Translations under genes and position numbers: made by a program
The notes under the pieces: model-generated
Databases searched by the model: none
Seen by the model: the letters and a program-made list of their open reading frames with translations, nothing else
Told to the model about the DNA's origin: nothing
DNA from: a virus
Virus record (IMG/VR): IMGVR_UViG_3300044712_001062
Coordinates: 1 to 64,000 of that record
Length of the DNA: 64,000 nucleotides
Strand: one strand, 5' to 3'
Shown: in pieces, positions 8,660 through 18,162 of the stretch
Position numbering within the stretch: the first letter of the stretch is position 1
Layout of the letters: the number at the start of each line of letters is the position of its first letter

Positions 8660-9349
8660 TCACACAAAGTTGGCCATTTCATTATGAGTCTGGGTAAGTT
8701 GCTCAATAGTTGATTTGAGTTCCTCGGCACTTGCTCTCAATTCCTGATTATAACTTTCCAATTCAATTATTTTATTTTCCAATTCAGTTTCAAGTTCAAA
8801 GCGATAAAGGACATGCCCAAGATGTTTTCCCAATGTCCTTAACATATCGCAAATTTCAGGATCCACTGATGCGTGATTTTCATAAGCAGCAAGATTTATA
8901 CAACCCCTCACTCTATTGTCAAAAATAATTGGTATGGATAAAAAAGTTTCAATATCGCCCAATAGCATTGATACTCGTTGATTAACCTTGGAGTAGTTCG
9001 TCAAATATATTACTTTATTAAAATGAAAAAGGTCATGCAACTCTGGGCGATCATTGCACAAATATTTTAATTCTTCTTTTAAATTTCCAGGTATAAAACG
9101 AGTTGCCACAACTTTAATATTTTTATCCTTAACAAGATATATTGAGCCAATATCAAAGTTTACCAATTCTACACAAGAATTCAACAAATTTTGTATTAAT
9201 TCCTTCTGACTATCACTTTCATTTGCCTTAATGATAATCGTATTAAAGGTTCGCAATCTCTTGCGCTCTTTATCCATTATTGTTTCAGTAGAGTTTAATT
9301 TATGTGTATAGGACTCTAGTGCTGAAATCTGATCTGCCAAGGCTACCAT
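8660..9349 (-). CDS. stand-alone GAF-domain protein with signalling coiled coil
   Basis: FDIGSIYLV..FLSIPIIFDNRVRGCINLA GAF signature; C-terminal ELESYNQELRASAEELK helix; no kinase domain. Confidence 0.8.
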   Translation of the reverse strand: MVALADQISALESYTHKLNSTETIMDKERKRLRTFNTIIIKANESDSQKELIQNLLNSCVELVNFDIGSIYLVKDKNIKVVATRFIPGNLKEELKYLCNDRPELHDLFHFNKVIYLTNYSKVNQRVSMLLGDIETFLSIPIIFDNRVRGCINLAAYENHASVDPEICDMLRTLGKHLGHVLYRFELETELENKIIELESYNQELRASAEELKSTIEQLTQTHNEMANFV

Positions 9350-9414
9350 AAAATTATCGAAATAGTGAATGCTTACTTTATATATAGGGTGTGGATATAT
9401 CGATCAACCATAAA

Positions 9415-9506
9415 TTTATATATAGTTAAGGATATATTTGTATGTGCAGCGGGACAATCGAAAAGGAGAAAGAGAAATCTTTTTTCTTCTTTGTTTGTTT
9501 CAAGGT
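9415..9506 (+). ncRNA. dispersed hairpin small-RNA unit, copy 3
   Basis: TTTATATA-11nt-ATATTTGTATGTGC, hairpin closed by a GAAA tetraloop (AAAGA GAAA TCTTT), then TTTGTTTC AAGGT. Confidence 0.65.
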
Positions 9507-9898
9507 GTTCTTTTATTGTCGTTAATTTCTAATTGGACTATTTTGCCATTGACATCACTGTAAAATACATTGCCAATTTCCATTTCAAGGATTAAACTCA
9601 TGCAGTGTATACAAGGTTTTGAATTGCAAAGTTTATTGGGACCGACTCTCACTACCAACAGTGATGCACCTTTAAGATCTTCACGCGAGGCTCTCACTAT
9701 GGCATCACATTCAGCATGTAATAGTAACTTGGGATAATACTTCATCAATGCTGATGGCACTGTCCTCGTCTTGTTAAATCCACGCGATATGACCCTGCCA
9801 CGCTTGTCAAATACGACAGCCCCATGTTTGAACCTTTGTAATGTTGAATCATTCGCGGATTTTACGGCAAGTGAAATTAAGTGATCATTTGGAAACAT
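9500..9898 (-). CDS. second cytidine/deoxycytidylate deaminase-family protein
   Basis: HGAVV, HAECDAI, SKPCIHC zinc motifs. Confidence 0.85.
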   Translation of the reverse strand: MFPNDHLISLAVKSANDSTLQRFKHGAVVFDKRGRVISRGFNKTRTVPSALMKYYPKLLLHAECDAIVRASREDLKGASLLVVRVGPNKLCNSKPCIHCMSLILEMEIGNVFYSDVNGKIVQLEINDNKRTP

Positions 9899-9950
9899 AA
9901 TAAAATATTAGTCCTTGGTATAAAAATAAGTAGCGTAAAATTTTTCTATT

Positions 9951-10334
9951 TTAGATCCTTGGAGTAACATTAATGGTATATGATTCGCCATCGAAATATT
10001 CCAGGCAAAACATCGCTGCGGTATCTGGATTATATCCCTTACAACTGAAAATGTCAATATATGCAACGCCATTAACTTCGTCAAAGTGAGCAGTTATGCA
10101 TGAAGTTTGGATGAGTTGCACAACAGAATAGCCTTCGAGATTTCCCTGACCAAACCTTACAATGAGTGGTTCACCATAACTATCCATCGCAATGTAATCA
10201 ACCAAATCAATTATCCATTCATAAAGGTAATTTTCATCACTAATTAGTGTAACATCCACCCCGTAAATGTCCACTGATGTGCTCATACCCCACCATTCCT
10301 CTTCATTGAACTTTGCAATATAATCGATCATCAC
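9951..10334 (-). CDS. speD: S-adenosylmethionine decarboxylase proenzyme
   Basis: GYSVVQLIQTSCITAHF self-cleavage region and AYIDIFSCK. Confidence 0.85.
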   Translation of the reverse strand: MMIDYIAKFNEEEWWGMSTSVDIYGVDVTLISDENYLYEWIIDLVDYIAMDSYGEPLIVRFGQGNLEGYSVVQLIQTSCITAHFDEVNGVAYIDIFSCKGYNPDTAAMFCLEYFDGESYTINVTPRI

Positions 10335-10567
10335 AAGTTGTGATCATTTGCAGTATAAAAAGATTTAGAAATTAATATTTGTACGCTTGGAATTCAATGC
10401 ATATAAATTACAAATTAGTAAGATGATAAATATACAATTCCACGTTACAAATGAAAAGGGAAATAGCATTATATTGGCAATTTGAATGATGAAAAAAAGT
10501 TGAATTATGGAGTATGTTGGGGCAATTAGACCATTTATGAAAAGTTGAATGTAAAATGGTATGGTTT

Positions 10568-10840
10568 TCATTTGAACAGCCCGCAAATACATTTCGAAGT
10601 TGTTGTATAGTCTATGCATGGACAAATATTATCATCAGTTTTTTGAATTTTACAAGGGCAATATGTTTTTCCAAACCTCTTAAAATTCATTTCAAGACCC
10701 ATAATAATTTTAATTACTTTTGCACCATTATCATTCAATGCGTATTTTTTAACAGCCTCTTCAATTCTTGGATGTTTCAAAATTGGATAAAGTTCTCCAT
10801 CCAATTCAACAGTCGTTGGGTTAGTATTTTCTATAGGCAT
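10568..10840 (-). CDS. ferredoxin:thioredoxin/disulfide reductase catalytic-type protein
   Basis: YCPC..ICPC..CICGLF 4Fe-4S/disulfide motif; directly downstream of nrdD. Confidence 0.85.
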   Translation of the reverse strand: MPIENTNPTTVELDGELYPILKHPRIEEAVKKYALNDNGAKVIKIIMGLEMNFKRFGKTYCPCKIQKTDDNICPCIDYTTTSKCICGLFK

Positions 10841-12836
10841 TGTTACACACCGTGAAGTCTTTGGTAAAGGCAAAATACCCGAGGTTGGTTGTCTTACAAA
10901 TTTTAAGGGTCATATCCATTAGACCTCGTGGATCTGGTCGTTTCTCGCCAAGATATATGTTACAGATATTCCCACCATCTAAAATTGGGAAAAATGCTTG
11001 TTCGATTTTAATTTTTTCAGCGAGCGGAATTTGAGCATCTACTGGGATATGCGTTCCATTTGTATAGTAGATTGGTAAATCTCTTCCACCAGTTTCGGCA
11101 TAAATTTTAATGGCTTCTCGAACATTTCCCTTAACAAATTTATGAGCATCACCATACGTTAACAAATCTAATACAGCAAATCTTTGTGCAGTTGTTTCAG
11201 CAGGAGTTCGCGCAAATGCAATAGTAATTCCAAGTTCATTTGATTTTTCTTGGCAATACTTCTTCATTTTCATGATGAATTTCATTGCCTTGACTTGAAC
11301 ACTACGATCTTCATGAAGTTGCCTGCCATATAGGATTTCACAAACTTCATTTATTCCAGTAACTCCAATTGTATAAACAAGTGAATCGAAGTCTACTAAT
11401 TTAGAACCATCATGAATTTGTTGTAAGAATGGTGCAGACACATCCTTAAGCATTTCCTGCTTTAATTTGAATACATCACAACACAAATCAATTTTTTGCA
11501 TTGCCAGAAGTTCGAATTCTCCATCAATATTTCCACCAATGTGCTTTGCTTCATATGCCAATCTTGGAAAATTAACAGTCATAACTTGATAACTGCCCAT
11601 TGAAAAGTGTGCACCATCTTTGAAATGCAACTTATCATCAAATGAATTATCAGACTCTGAATTGGAATTGAAGCAATATGCGCAACATTGGAAACACGAA
11701 ATACCTTTACCAGCACCCCTGTATTGTGGGATTTGATTATCAAAATATGGGGTGCCAAACTTACTTGCTAATTCAAATGATAGTAAATACAAACTCCAAA
11801 TTGATGGCATATGCTCTGGGACATACAATGCTTCATATTCCATCATTTCAATAAATTGTGGTTCAATACTGATCTCTGGTTTTGGGAAGTAAAATGGTTT
11901 ACCAGAATAATCTCCTTCAAGCATAACTTCCATGAGTGATTTAAACAGTAATCGATTTTCAAGTTCAAATTGTCCATAAGTTCGAAGTTCTGATTGATTA
12001 CCATCCCAAATTTTTCCCCTATAAACAACCGGTATATCTTTCCATAGTTCAGGAATTCCAGGAGATAACTGAACCGAACTAAACACGACTTGACCACCGC
12101 GAGCCACGAGCATCTGGGTCATCTCATATACGAACATCTGCATACATTGCTTATAGGTGTCGTATTCATATCCTTCAAAGAATGGAGCAAGGAATGTCAA
12201 GAAATTGTAAAATCCCTGCCCACCTGCGCAATTCGTCTGTGAAGAACCCAGAACTTTAACAGCATGTAATATTGCAACTTCTGGGCGCATTGCTGGTGCA
12301 GCAAAACTTGTATGTTCTCCAGTCCCATCTCCTACAAATCCGTGGTAGAAAAAGTATCTTAAATCACTATCCAAGCAAAATTGACGAGTCCCGAAGTATT
12401 CCAAGTCATGAATATGAATATCTCCATTCAAATGTGCTTCTGCTATGTGATCGGGAAACATCAATAAGAACTCTTCCTTGCTTAACTGATCAGCCTTTCT
12501 TTTATGGCCAGTTTCTGGAGATTCTTGCAAATTAGCATTATCACCTTTTCCAGCACCAACATCAATCTTCCTGGCATCGTATACTGGCATTCCAACACGA
12601 GTATACTTCTTTCGACAATCATGCAATTCGTGTTCAAGAAATTTAGTATTTACTACTTCACGAATTAACGATCCAGTAATAATCTGAAGTGTTGATGTAT
12701 TTAATGCATGTTCAACTTCATCAACAATTTGCTCAATAATCTTTCCAGTGCAACCAGTTTCTTTGCGAATAGATTCAATAATTTTATCTTTATTAAAAGA
12801 CTCCTTATATCCATCTTTACGCCTTACTTTCAGCAA
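10821..12836 (-). CDS. nrdD: class III anaerobic ribonucleotide reductase, catalytic part lacking the glycyl-radical C-terminus
   Basis: N-terminal ATP cone, HIHDLEY, QFC, QCCAY finger loop, TPAET, YYTNGTH; ends at KDFTVCNN without the RxxGY motif. Confidence 0.95.
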   Translation of the reverse strand: MLKVRRKDGYKESFNKDKIIESIRKETGCTGKIIEQIVDEVEHALNTSTLQIITGSLIREVVNTKFLEHELHDCRKKYTRVGMPVYDARKIDVGAGKGDNANLQESPETGHKRKADQLSKEEFLLMFPDHIAEAHLNGDIHIHDLEYFGTRQFCLDSDLRYFFYHGFVGDGTGEHTSFAAPAMRPEVAILHAVKVLGSSQTNCAGGQGFYNFLTFLAPFFEGYEYDTYKQCMQMFVYEMTQMLVARGGQVVFSSVQLSPGIPELWKDIPVVYRGKIWDGNQSELRTYGQFELENRLLFKSLMEVMLEGDYSGKPFYFPKPEISIEPQFIEMMEYEALYVPEHMPSIWSLYLLSFELASKFGTPYFDNQIPQYRGAGKGISCFQCCAYCFNSNSESDNSFDDKLHFKDGAHFSMGSYQVMTVNFPRLAYEAKHIGGNIDGEFELLAMQKIDLCCDVFKLKQEMLKDVSAPFLQQIHDGSKLVDFDSLVYTIGVTGINEVCEILYGRQLHEDRSVQVKAMKFIMKMKKYCQEKSNELGITIAFARTPAETTAQRFAVLDLLTYGDAHKFVKGNVREAIKIYAETGGRDLPIYYTNGTHIPVDAQIPLAEKIKIEQAFFPILDGGNICNIYLGEKRPDPRGLMDMTLKICKTTNLGYFAFTKDFTVCNNAYRKY

Positions 12837-13051
12837 ATACCCAACTCCTTCATTGCAGATGTTTTATCAAAATACTGATCGTTTATTTTTACAATAGGGG
12901 CTTCAACTAATGTAACCCCATCTAATAGAAGTTCTGCATATACATCTGGATCTTCCAAATCCAGACTTTTATAGTTTATATTTTTTAATTCAAATAAATG
13001 TTTAAGTTCATCACAATTTGGACATACTGGAAGTGAATATACCAATATCAT
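12830..13051 (-). CDS. nrdH: NrdH-like glutaredoxin
   Basis: CPNC active site, cis-Pro EAPIV; coupled to nrdD. Confidence 0.88.
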   Translation of the reverse strand: MILVYSLPVCPNCDELKHLFELKNINYKSLDLEDPDVYAELLLDGVTLVEAPIVKINDQYFDKTSAMKELGIC

Positions 13052-13344
13052 ACATCATACCTAACGCGGTCAAGAAGTTCTTGCGTTTTCCCTTTAGCCC
13101 AAGCATCTACCGGGGAATAGTAACCTGTTACTCTAGAGATCGGGCTGACATCATGACTACCACATTCTGGACAAACAAACCCACCACATTTTTCACAAAT
13201 TTTAATCCCATCAACAACCCCACAACTGCAACTCCCAGAGTCACATTCGCACATCTCAACAACAGCACCCTTACATTCAGGACATTTTCCTTCTATAAGG
13301 TCAGAATCTTGTAGAATGTATCTACACTTCTCACACTTATGCAT
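13048..13344 (-). CDS. separate NrdD C-terminal zinc-ribbon/glycyl-radical subunit
   Basis: multiple CxxC, CPECGSHDV.PISRVTGYY..W.KGK.QEL.DR; start moved to MHKCEKC behind its own TATA box. Confidence 0.88.
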   Translation of the reverse strand: MHKCEKCRYILQDSDLIEGKCPECKGAVVEMCECDSGSCSCGVVDGIKICEKCGGFVCPECGSHDVSPISRVTGYYSPVDAWAKGKTQELLDRVRYDV

Positions 13345-13420
13345 AAGGATAAGTATATTATTGCTTATATATAAGGCAATCGCATCGCATAAAAAAGTCC
13401 CAATTAAACATCTGAAAATC

Positions 13421-13505
13421 ACTCTAAACAAAACAAAGAAAGAAGAAATTCTTCCTCTTCGTAATGTCCATGGGCACATACAAATAGTGCTTGACTATTT
13501 ATAAA
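13421..13505 (-). ncRNA. dispersed hairpin small-RNA unit, copy 4
   Basis: minus strand: TTTATAAA-10nt-CTATTTGTATGTGC, hairpin GGACA..GAAGAGGAAG/CTTCTTTCTTTG..TGTTT, then AGAGT. Confidence 0.7.
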
Positions 13506-13512
13506 TCTATTG

Positions 13513-13854
13513 TTAGAATTTATATAAAAGTTTATCAAAGATCCAATTGAGGAATCGTTTATGGATTGGTAGTTTTAGAGGTTCCTCATTGAATTTCCAA
13601 ATAGAATTATCATCGCCAATTGCTTTATCTATACAAATTGGTTGAGTATGCCTATCCCAAACTTTACTATCAAATGAACCTTTGAATTTTTCAATTGTTC
13701 CATGATCATATGCTTCAAGCATATTTGATACCCATGCACCTTTTTTGAAGTATCCAGCATTAACCATATCTTCATCAATTACCTGATCAATGATAATTCG
13801 ATCATTATTAACTTCATCATTTTTATTTTCTATCCACGCGCCTTTAACAAACAT
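13513..13854 (-). CDS. hypothetical protein with two KGAW motifs
   Basis: MFVKGAWIEN and YFKKGAWVSN. Confidence 0.6.
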   Translation of the reverse strand: MFVKGAWIENKNDEVNNDRIIIDQVIDEDMVNAGYFKKGAWVSNMLEAYDHGTIEKFKGSFDSKVWDRHTQPICIDKAIGDDNSIWKFNEEPLKLPIHKRFLNWIFDKLLYKF

Positions 13855-14026
13855 ATTAGCGACCTTTTATAATTCTAATTCCGCGTTCATTTAATTTTCC
13901 AATAGTAAATATTCCAAGTGTATGTATCCATTCAAAGAATATACCATCAACTATACCAATTTTATATGGTATACATTTATTAAGTTTAATCCAATATTTT
14001 CCAAATAATAACATAATTAAATCCTC

Positions 14027-14254
14027 TTATAATTCTGGGCACCATTTTGGCTTTACAACATTATGAATGAAATAATTTTCATCATCATACAAATTTTGAA
14101 TTTTACGATCATTCATAAAATGACAGATGTAATATGGATTTCCAGCATCATCTACATGTTGCCATAGGCCATCATGACATCCACCACAATAATATTTATG
14201 ATAATCCTCGTGCCAAGGTTGTAGATCTATCCAAGCACCTCGTATAAACACCAT
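14027..14254 (-). CDS. Cys-rich hypothetical protein (RGAW start, PxWCP end)
   Basis: 75-aa ORF with CGGC and PKWCP. Confidence 0.55.
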   Translation of the reverse strand: MVFIRGAWIDLQPWHEDYHKYYCGGCHDGLWQHVDDAGNPYYICHFMNDRKIQNLYDDENYFIHNVVKPKWCPEL

Positions 14255-14301
14255 AATAAATTCCTTTGTATATTAAATTTTAAAATATAAAAAACTAATT
14301 A

Positions 14302-14979
14302 TTAATTTTGAGGTTCGATCATTGGACTTATTAAATACTTGGCATTTAAATTCTCACTACTAAATATAAATCCTAATGGCGTATTGTTACCCAATAACAT
14401 TTGATGAGTTGTATATGCTTTGTAACTTGTAAAGATGTCCTTGAGATAATCACCTTTAACCTTGGTGTAAAGTTCACCATCATTAGGACATTCGAATTCA
14501 ACGCAAGTAGCCAATTTATCTTTCACACAATCATCAACAGTAATTATATGATTTTTCAAATTAAATGCATATTCCTTTTCATTCTTTGCGATATCATAAA
14601 TTTCCTTGACATTTTCAATAGTCAAATTTACCACTTCATGTGGCCATTTAATTGGTAAAGATTCCTTCGTTTTAATCGTTGGATCACAAGTAATCGGTAA
14701 AGTGTATTTAGTACTTCCACATTTAAACACAACTTTATTCCCATCAATATTCAACTCCGCAACATCACCCTTAATAGATTTTAACTCATTTACATCAAAT
14801 TGCAATACAATTTCCTTTGAGCAGATCATTTTGTTAGTGATATGAACAAAGCAAATGTTTGCAGTGTCAGCCTGACAAATTTCAATTCCATCGGGTTTTA
14901 CTTGCGCATTTATAGTGTATAGTGTTCCCAAACTTGATAACCACTCTTTAAAATTTGGAATTGTAGTTATGTGTTCCAT
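14302..14979 (-). CDS. divergent PCNA-like sliding clamp
   Basis: GIEICQADTANICFV N-terminal motif, ..DYL..F, TPLGF..YLISPMIE C-terminus. Confidence 0.75.
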   Translation of the reverse strand: MEHITTIPNFKEWLSSLGTLYTINAQVKPDGIEICQADTANICFVHITNKMICSKEIVLQFDVNELKSIKGDVAELNIDGNKVVFKCGSTKYTLPITCDPTIKTKESLPIKWPHEVVNLTIENVKEIYDIAKNEKEYAFNLKNHIITVDDCVKDKLATCVEFECPNDGELYTKVKGDYLKDIFTSYKAYTTHQMLLGNNTPLGFIFSSENLNAKYLISPMIEPQN

Positions 14980-15253
14980 TATGAGAATATATGCTATAGA
15001 AGTATAAATAGATGATTATTTACCCCATCGGTTTTTCAACTTGGGATCAGGTAAATCCACGGGTATTGTTAATCCACATGTCAAACATACAAATCCACCT
15101 TGATCAGGAATTAATGGCATTTTGTTACCACACCTCTTACAATTAATCTTTACCATATAGTATTATATATGATAAGTGATTGTATAAAAAGTTTATTATA
15201 TAAAATAGAGTTATTTAGATTCCTCGAAAGTGAGGAATTTAAATATTATTAAA

Positions 15254-15988
15254 TTATAGATATGAAAATGATTTGCCATTTCTATCTAATCTTTTCAATT
15301 TTAATTCACTCATATCACGCTTGTGGTATATGTGGCCATTGTCGATTATATCATAATACCAGCCAATTGGCTTGTTAACATTTTCAGCGACAAAATTATG
15401 CAGGGCATTCATTGCATATAAGTTTCCACCAAGAGCCATTAGACAGTCCCTGGAGCGCCATAAAGTAGTCATATCGAGTCTACCATCATTGACTTCGAAC
15501 TTAACCCACTGTAGGCATGGTGTGGTAGTCTTACCACTGTTATCTTCAAATGGATACCAAGTTGTTGCACATGCCCGACGAGTCCCTTGATGATTATTAA
15601 TCTTATCGATTATACACTGAATTTGATCTATTTTGACATTTCGAGTAATACACCGATCATTAACCTCTAAATTTCTCAATTGTGTATATTCAAATAGTCT
15701 ATCGTAATAGCAATAGTCAAATTCTTGTGCAGTTCCTTTCGTGGGATATTCACCAGTCATTACTTCATCAGCATATACTTGCATACCATGAATTCCAAGT
15801 GGATACCAAGCAATGAGTCGTTCAAGATCGGTGTTTGGCTGACTGACTTCCAAGGTTATCATATGCTTGGATTTCCAAACAACTTCTTCATCCTCGGTAA
15901 TTCGTTCCTGGTGGTTTTGCGGCCATACAATGTGTTCGATAGTCTGTCTATATGCATCAGCAAGGTTGTTTACAGTAATTACTTTCAT
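15254..15988 (-). CDS. thyA: thymidylate synthase, archaeal ThyA type
   Basis: TRRA, PCLQW catalytic Cys, WRSRD, conserved Asn (GGN), GHIY. Confidence 0.88.
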   Translation of the reverse strand: MKVITVNNLADAYRQTIEHIVWPQNHQERITEDEEVVWKSKHMITLEVSQPNTDLERLIAWYPLGIHGMQVYADEVMTGEYPTKGTAQEFDYCYYDRLFEYTQLRNLEVNDRCITRNVKIDQIQCIIDKINNHQGTRRACATTWYPFEDNSGKTTTPCLQWVKFEVNDGRLDMTTLWRSRDCLMALGGNLYAMNALHNFVAENVNKPIGWYYDIIDNGHIYHKRDMSELKLKRLDRNGKSFSYL

Positions 15989-16012
15989 AATAATATTCTC
16001 CAAGTTAAAATT

Positions 16013-16532
16013 TTATTTGTAAAATTCACCTGATAAATGATCATCATCCAATTTCAACAAATATTTCAAATCGGCATGTTGCTTGTGAATTTCATTCAAT
16101 AGCGATTCTATAGTATCGATTCTTGATAAAATTTGATCGATTCGATCTTCAATGCCACTATCATGGTTTTCAAGAGGGCACCAATCAGGAATTAAAATTT
16201 CTTCAGTATCTTCTATCCATTCATTACTATACAAACATTGATGGTGATCACTATGTCCATATGAAATAAATAATGGGCAAGACTCGCAAGATTCTTTAAT
16301 AATTTCACGTAATATTTTTTCAACCATGATATTCGTCCTCTTGATCATTCAAATTGTCCATGGCGGCTTCAATGATTGTCATGACCTCGCTATATCCCTT
16401 GTACATTAGACATATGACATCACGTTTGGTAATTTGATCGATTTGATCATTGTACATTAACTTATCGATATCTTCGATAGTCTTCAAGACCATTCCATTC
16501 ATTGAGGCTTCAAAAAGTTCAAGTTCAATCAT
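16013..16532 (-). other. two small hypothetical ORFs (16013-16348 with CxxCP..PDWCPL plus coiled coil; 16320-16532)
   Basis: coupled ORFs from the track. Confidence 0.55.
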
Positions 16533-16793
16533 TTAATCATCCATAACCCAAATGTATGCCCAAAGATATCCCAATACAATTGTTAATATAATGCCCAAAA
16601 TTATGGTGCTTAAAATTTCGCTCATAAGTCAATCGGATCATAATGATCGCAATGGGATTCTTCTGGCATTTCTTTATCGGTTACTTCGCACCATCGAAGA
16701 TCGTTAAATTTTCTCATAGGTGCTCCATGGATACAATCTTTACAAAACATCTGTAATTATTGTATACATTTAATTATATAAAAGAGTATGGGA

Positions 16794-17450
16794 TTATTTA
16801 ATGATTGCCATGGTCCCACTGTAGTCAGGAAGTGGAATCATTTTCAAATTTAAACTGTTGAATGTTTCGAAATCATGAACTGCTGCACGAGCACCATGGA
16901 AATCTTCAGGATGATTATAATCATGGACAAATATATATCCATTATCTACCATTCGTGGATAAAAAAAATCCAAGGCTTGTAATGTTGGTTGATACAAATC
17001 CATATCAATAGATGTAAATGCAAAGGTTAGATCTTTTGCTTCGTTCATTGTATCTTCGAATTTACCAATGTGATATATAGCATCTGGAATTGAACTTTTC
17101 ACTTTGTCTACTGAATTGTTGTCAAACATATCATAATTATAAGCATTAGTCAGCAATCCACTATTATGATCATGTTGTAATTCATCTTTGTCAAATCCTG
17201 AAAATGTGTCAAACAAATGAAGTTCTTTATCTGGGAATGCTTCGCTAATATATCTTGCAAAGTAGCCAAACATAACTCCTGCTTCAGCAACTTCACCAAG
17301 TAATTTTTTACGACGAATTTCCTTGGTAACATATTTAAATGCAATTAATCTTTCACTTTCAACTTCAGGATCTATGTTAAAATTTCTTATGGGCTTGATA
17401 TCTGAAAAATGAGCAAGGGATTTTTTAGGATTAAAAAGTTTAATTACCAT
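16794..17450 (-). CDS. TylF/MycF-family sugar O-methyltransferase
   Basis: GEVAEAGV..G, LFDTFSGF, G.FEDT, IDMDLY, HDY. Confidence 0.92.
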   Translation of the reverse strand: MVIKLFNPKKSLAHFSDIKPIRNFNIDPEVESERLIAFKYVTKEIRRKKLLGEVAEAGVMFGYFARYISEAFPDKELHLFDTFSGFDKDELQHDHNSGLLTNAYNYDMFDNNSVDKVKSSIPDAIYHIGKFEDTMNEAKDLTFAFTSIDMDLYQPTLQALDFFYPRMVDNGYIFVHDYNHPEDFHGARAAVHDFETFNSLNLKMIPLPDYSGTMAIIK

Positions 17451-18151
17451 GGATTCCTACCTTTACAAGCATCAAATATCTTTTGATGAGATCGATAATA
17501 TTCAAGTTCGAAATTTCGCTTTCCATTCAAAATTACTATCATTCCAAATCCCAAATGATAAATGCCATTGCGCCCCATTCCACTGATATCATTGGTCGAT
17601 GGATCGCTATGACACATGCATCCCAATTCCCAACGACATCCCTGAATAATATCCAAATCAACAAAGTGAATGTAGGGATGTTCTTGCCAATTTATACTAT
17701 CCATGGCTTCTCGAACTTGTGGATAAAATGTATCATGAATCAACACTATAGTGTAATTTTTTGGAATATAATGTTTGATAATGTCCAATTCCTTTTTTAC
17801 ACTTTCAGTTTCATGATCTCCATCAACCAAAATCAAATTGACATTATCATTTTCTGATAGTAATTTTCCCAAGACATTCCAAGAATAATCATCAATGAGT
17901 GTTAGATTTTTAATCCCAGTATATTTTTCGCTATTAAGTGGAATGGGATCTATACTGATACACTTCTTCGAGTAATCAGCCATTGGAAATGTACTTCCAC
18001 CTTTATATCTACCAATCTCAATAGAAGTATCAATGGTGAAGTTTTGTAATATATAATAAAAGAATGCCCGTTCTCCAGGATTCATCAACCATCCATCACT
18101 TTCTGGATTATCAAATAAAAAAGAATTTATATCAAAATTCATATTAAACAT
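17444..18151 (-). CDS. class I SAM methyltransferase (Methyltransf_24-like)
   Basis: IEIGRYKGGST, LILVDGDH, HDT. Confidence 0.85.
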   Translation of the reverse strand: MFNMNFDINSFLFDNPESDGWLMNPGERAFFYYILQNFTIDTSIEIGRYKGGSTFPMADYSKKCISIDPIPLNSEKYTGIKNLTLIDDYSWNVLGKLLSENDNVNLILVDGDHETESVKKELDIIKHYIPKNYTIVLIHDTFYPQVREAMDSINWQEHPYIHFVDLDIIQGCRWELGCMCHSDPSTNDISGMGRNGIYHLGFGMIVILNGKRNFELEYYRSHQKIFDACKGRNPW

Positions 18152-18162
18152 TTAATTTTTTA

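Noticed and set aside
10821-12836. nrdD as a pseudogene, frameshift or amber read-through
   Set aside because: Catalytic motifs are intact, the stop is TAA, and the missing domain is encoded upstream.
13345-13479. N-terminal extension of the small NrdD ORF and ORF 23043-23225
   Set aside because: Both are read-throughs of RNA-unit copies 4 and 6; a separate TATA box sits just upstream of MHKCEKC.
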